A stretch of DNA of 63,230 nt, counting the filler, from Reticulomyxa filosa (taxonomy: Eukaryota > Protista > Foraminifera): NCBI GenBank assembly GCA_000512085.1. It is 19 parts of 19 records of this genome, joined end to end, with 100 filler letters (N's around TTAATTAATTAA, not from the genome) between each part and the next. Parts side by side here need not be neighbours in the genome. Positions count along the whole stretch, not along the records: positions 61,059 to 63,230 come from ASPP01008944.1; 18 more parts are not named here. One strand, written 5' to 3'. The notes beneath the pieces are model-generated. The model saw only the letters and a list, made by a program, of their open reading frames with translations, did not search any database and was not told where the DNA came from. A program made the translations under genes and the position numbers. Positions 63,203-63,230 of the stretch are shown here, piece after piece (within the stretch, counting starts at the first letter, position 1; each line of letters starts with the position of its first letter).

Positions 63203-63230
63203 CTATCCATTTATATATATATATATATAT

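Overview
This window is not one locus. It consists of 19 unrelated contigs joined by 18 identical 100-nt artificial linkers (N44-TTAATTAATTAA-N44), so gene neighbourhood is meaningful only within a contig. Nearly all contigs are AT-rich eukaryotic DNA with short (~60-150 nt) GT-AG introns rich in poly(T)/poly(A), long simple repeats and many decayed pseudogenes. The style and gene families suggest a foraminiferan such as Reticulomyxa filosa (inference). Recognisable spliced genes or domains: RIO2 kinase, a divergent kinesin, an NF-YC-like histone-fold protein, RPL31, a TIGR02452/microbial-PARG-like fragment, eIF2D, a bacterial-type cpYpsA SLOG (PF12694-like) protein, an ATRX-like SNF2 ATPase, a GT60 GlcNAc transferase, a Kelch membrane protein, SPT4, a caspase-like protein, CAP-Gly, LOTUS, WW and RanBD-like proteins, and a sulfotransferase. 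One 1-kb contig (51535-52560) is GC-rich, intronless and bacterial in character. The most intriguing item is an unassigned ~140-nt, four-hairpin RNA-gene candidate (35981-36123, minus strand) with G-U strand asymmetry, an upstream TATA box and a T6 terminator. Next are the intron-containing SLOG gene with altered motifs, a probable pseudokinesin, and introns whose 3' ends carry poly(A) instead of a polypyrimidine tract. All family calls come from motif recognition by eye, not from database searches.
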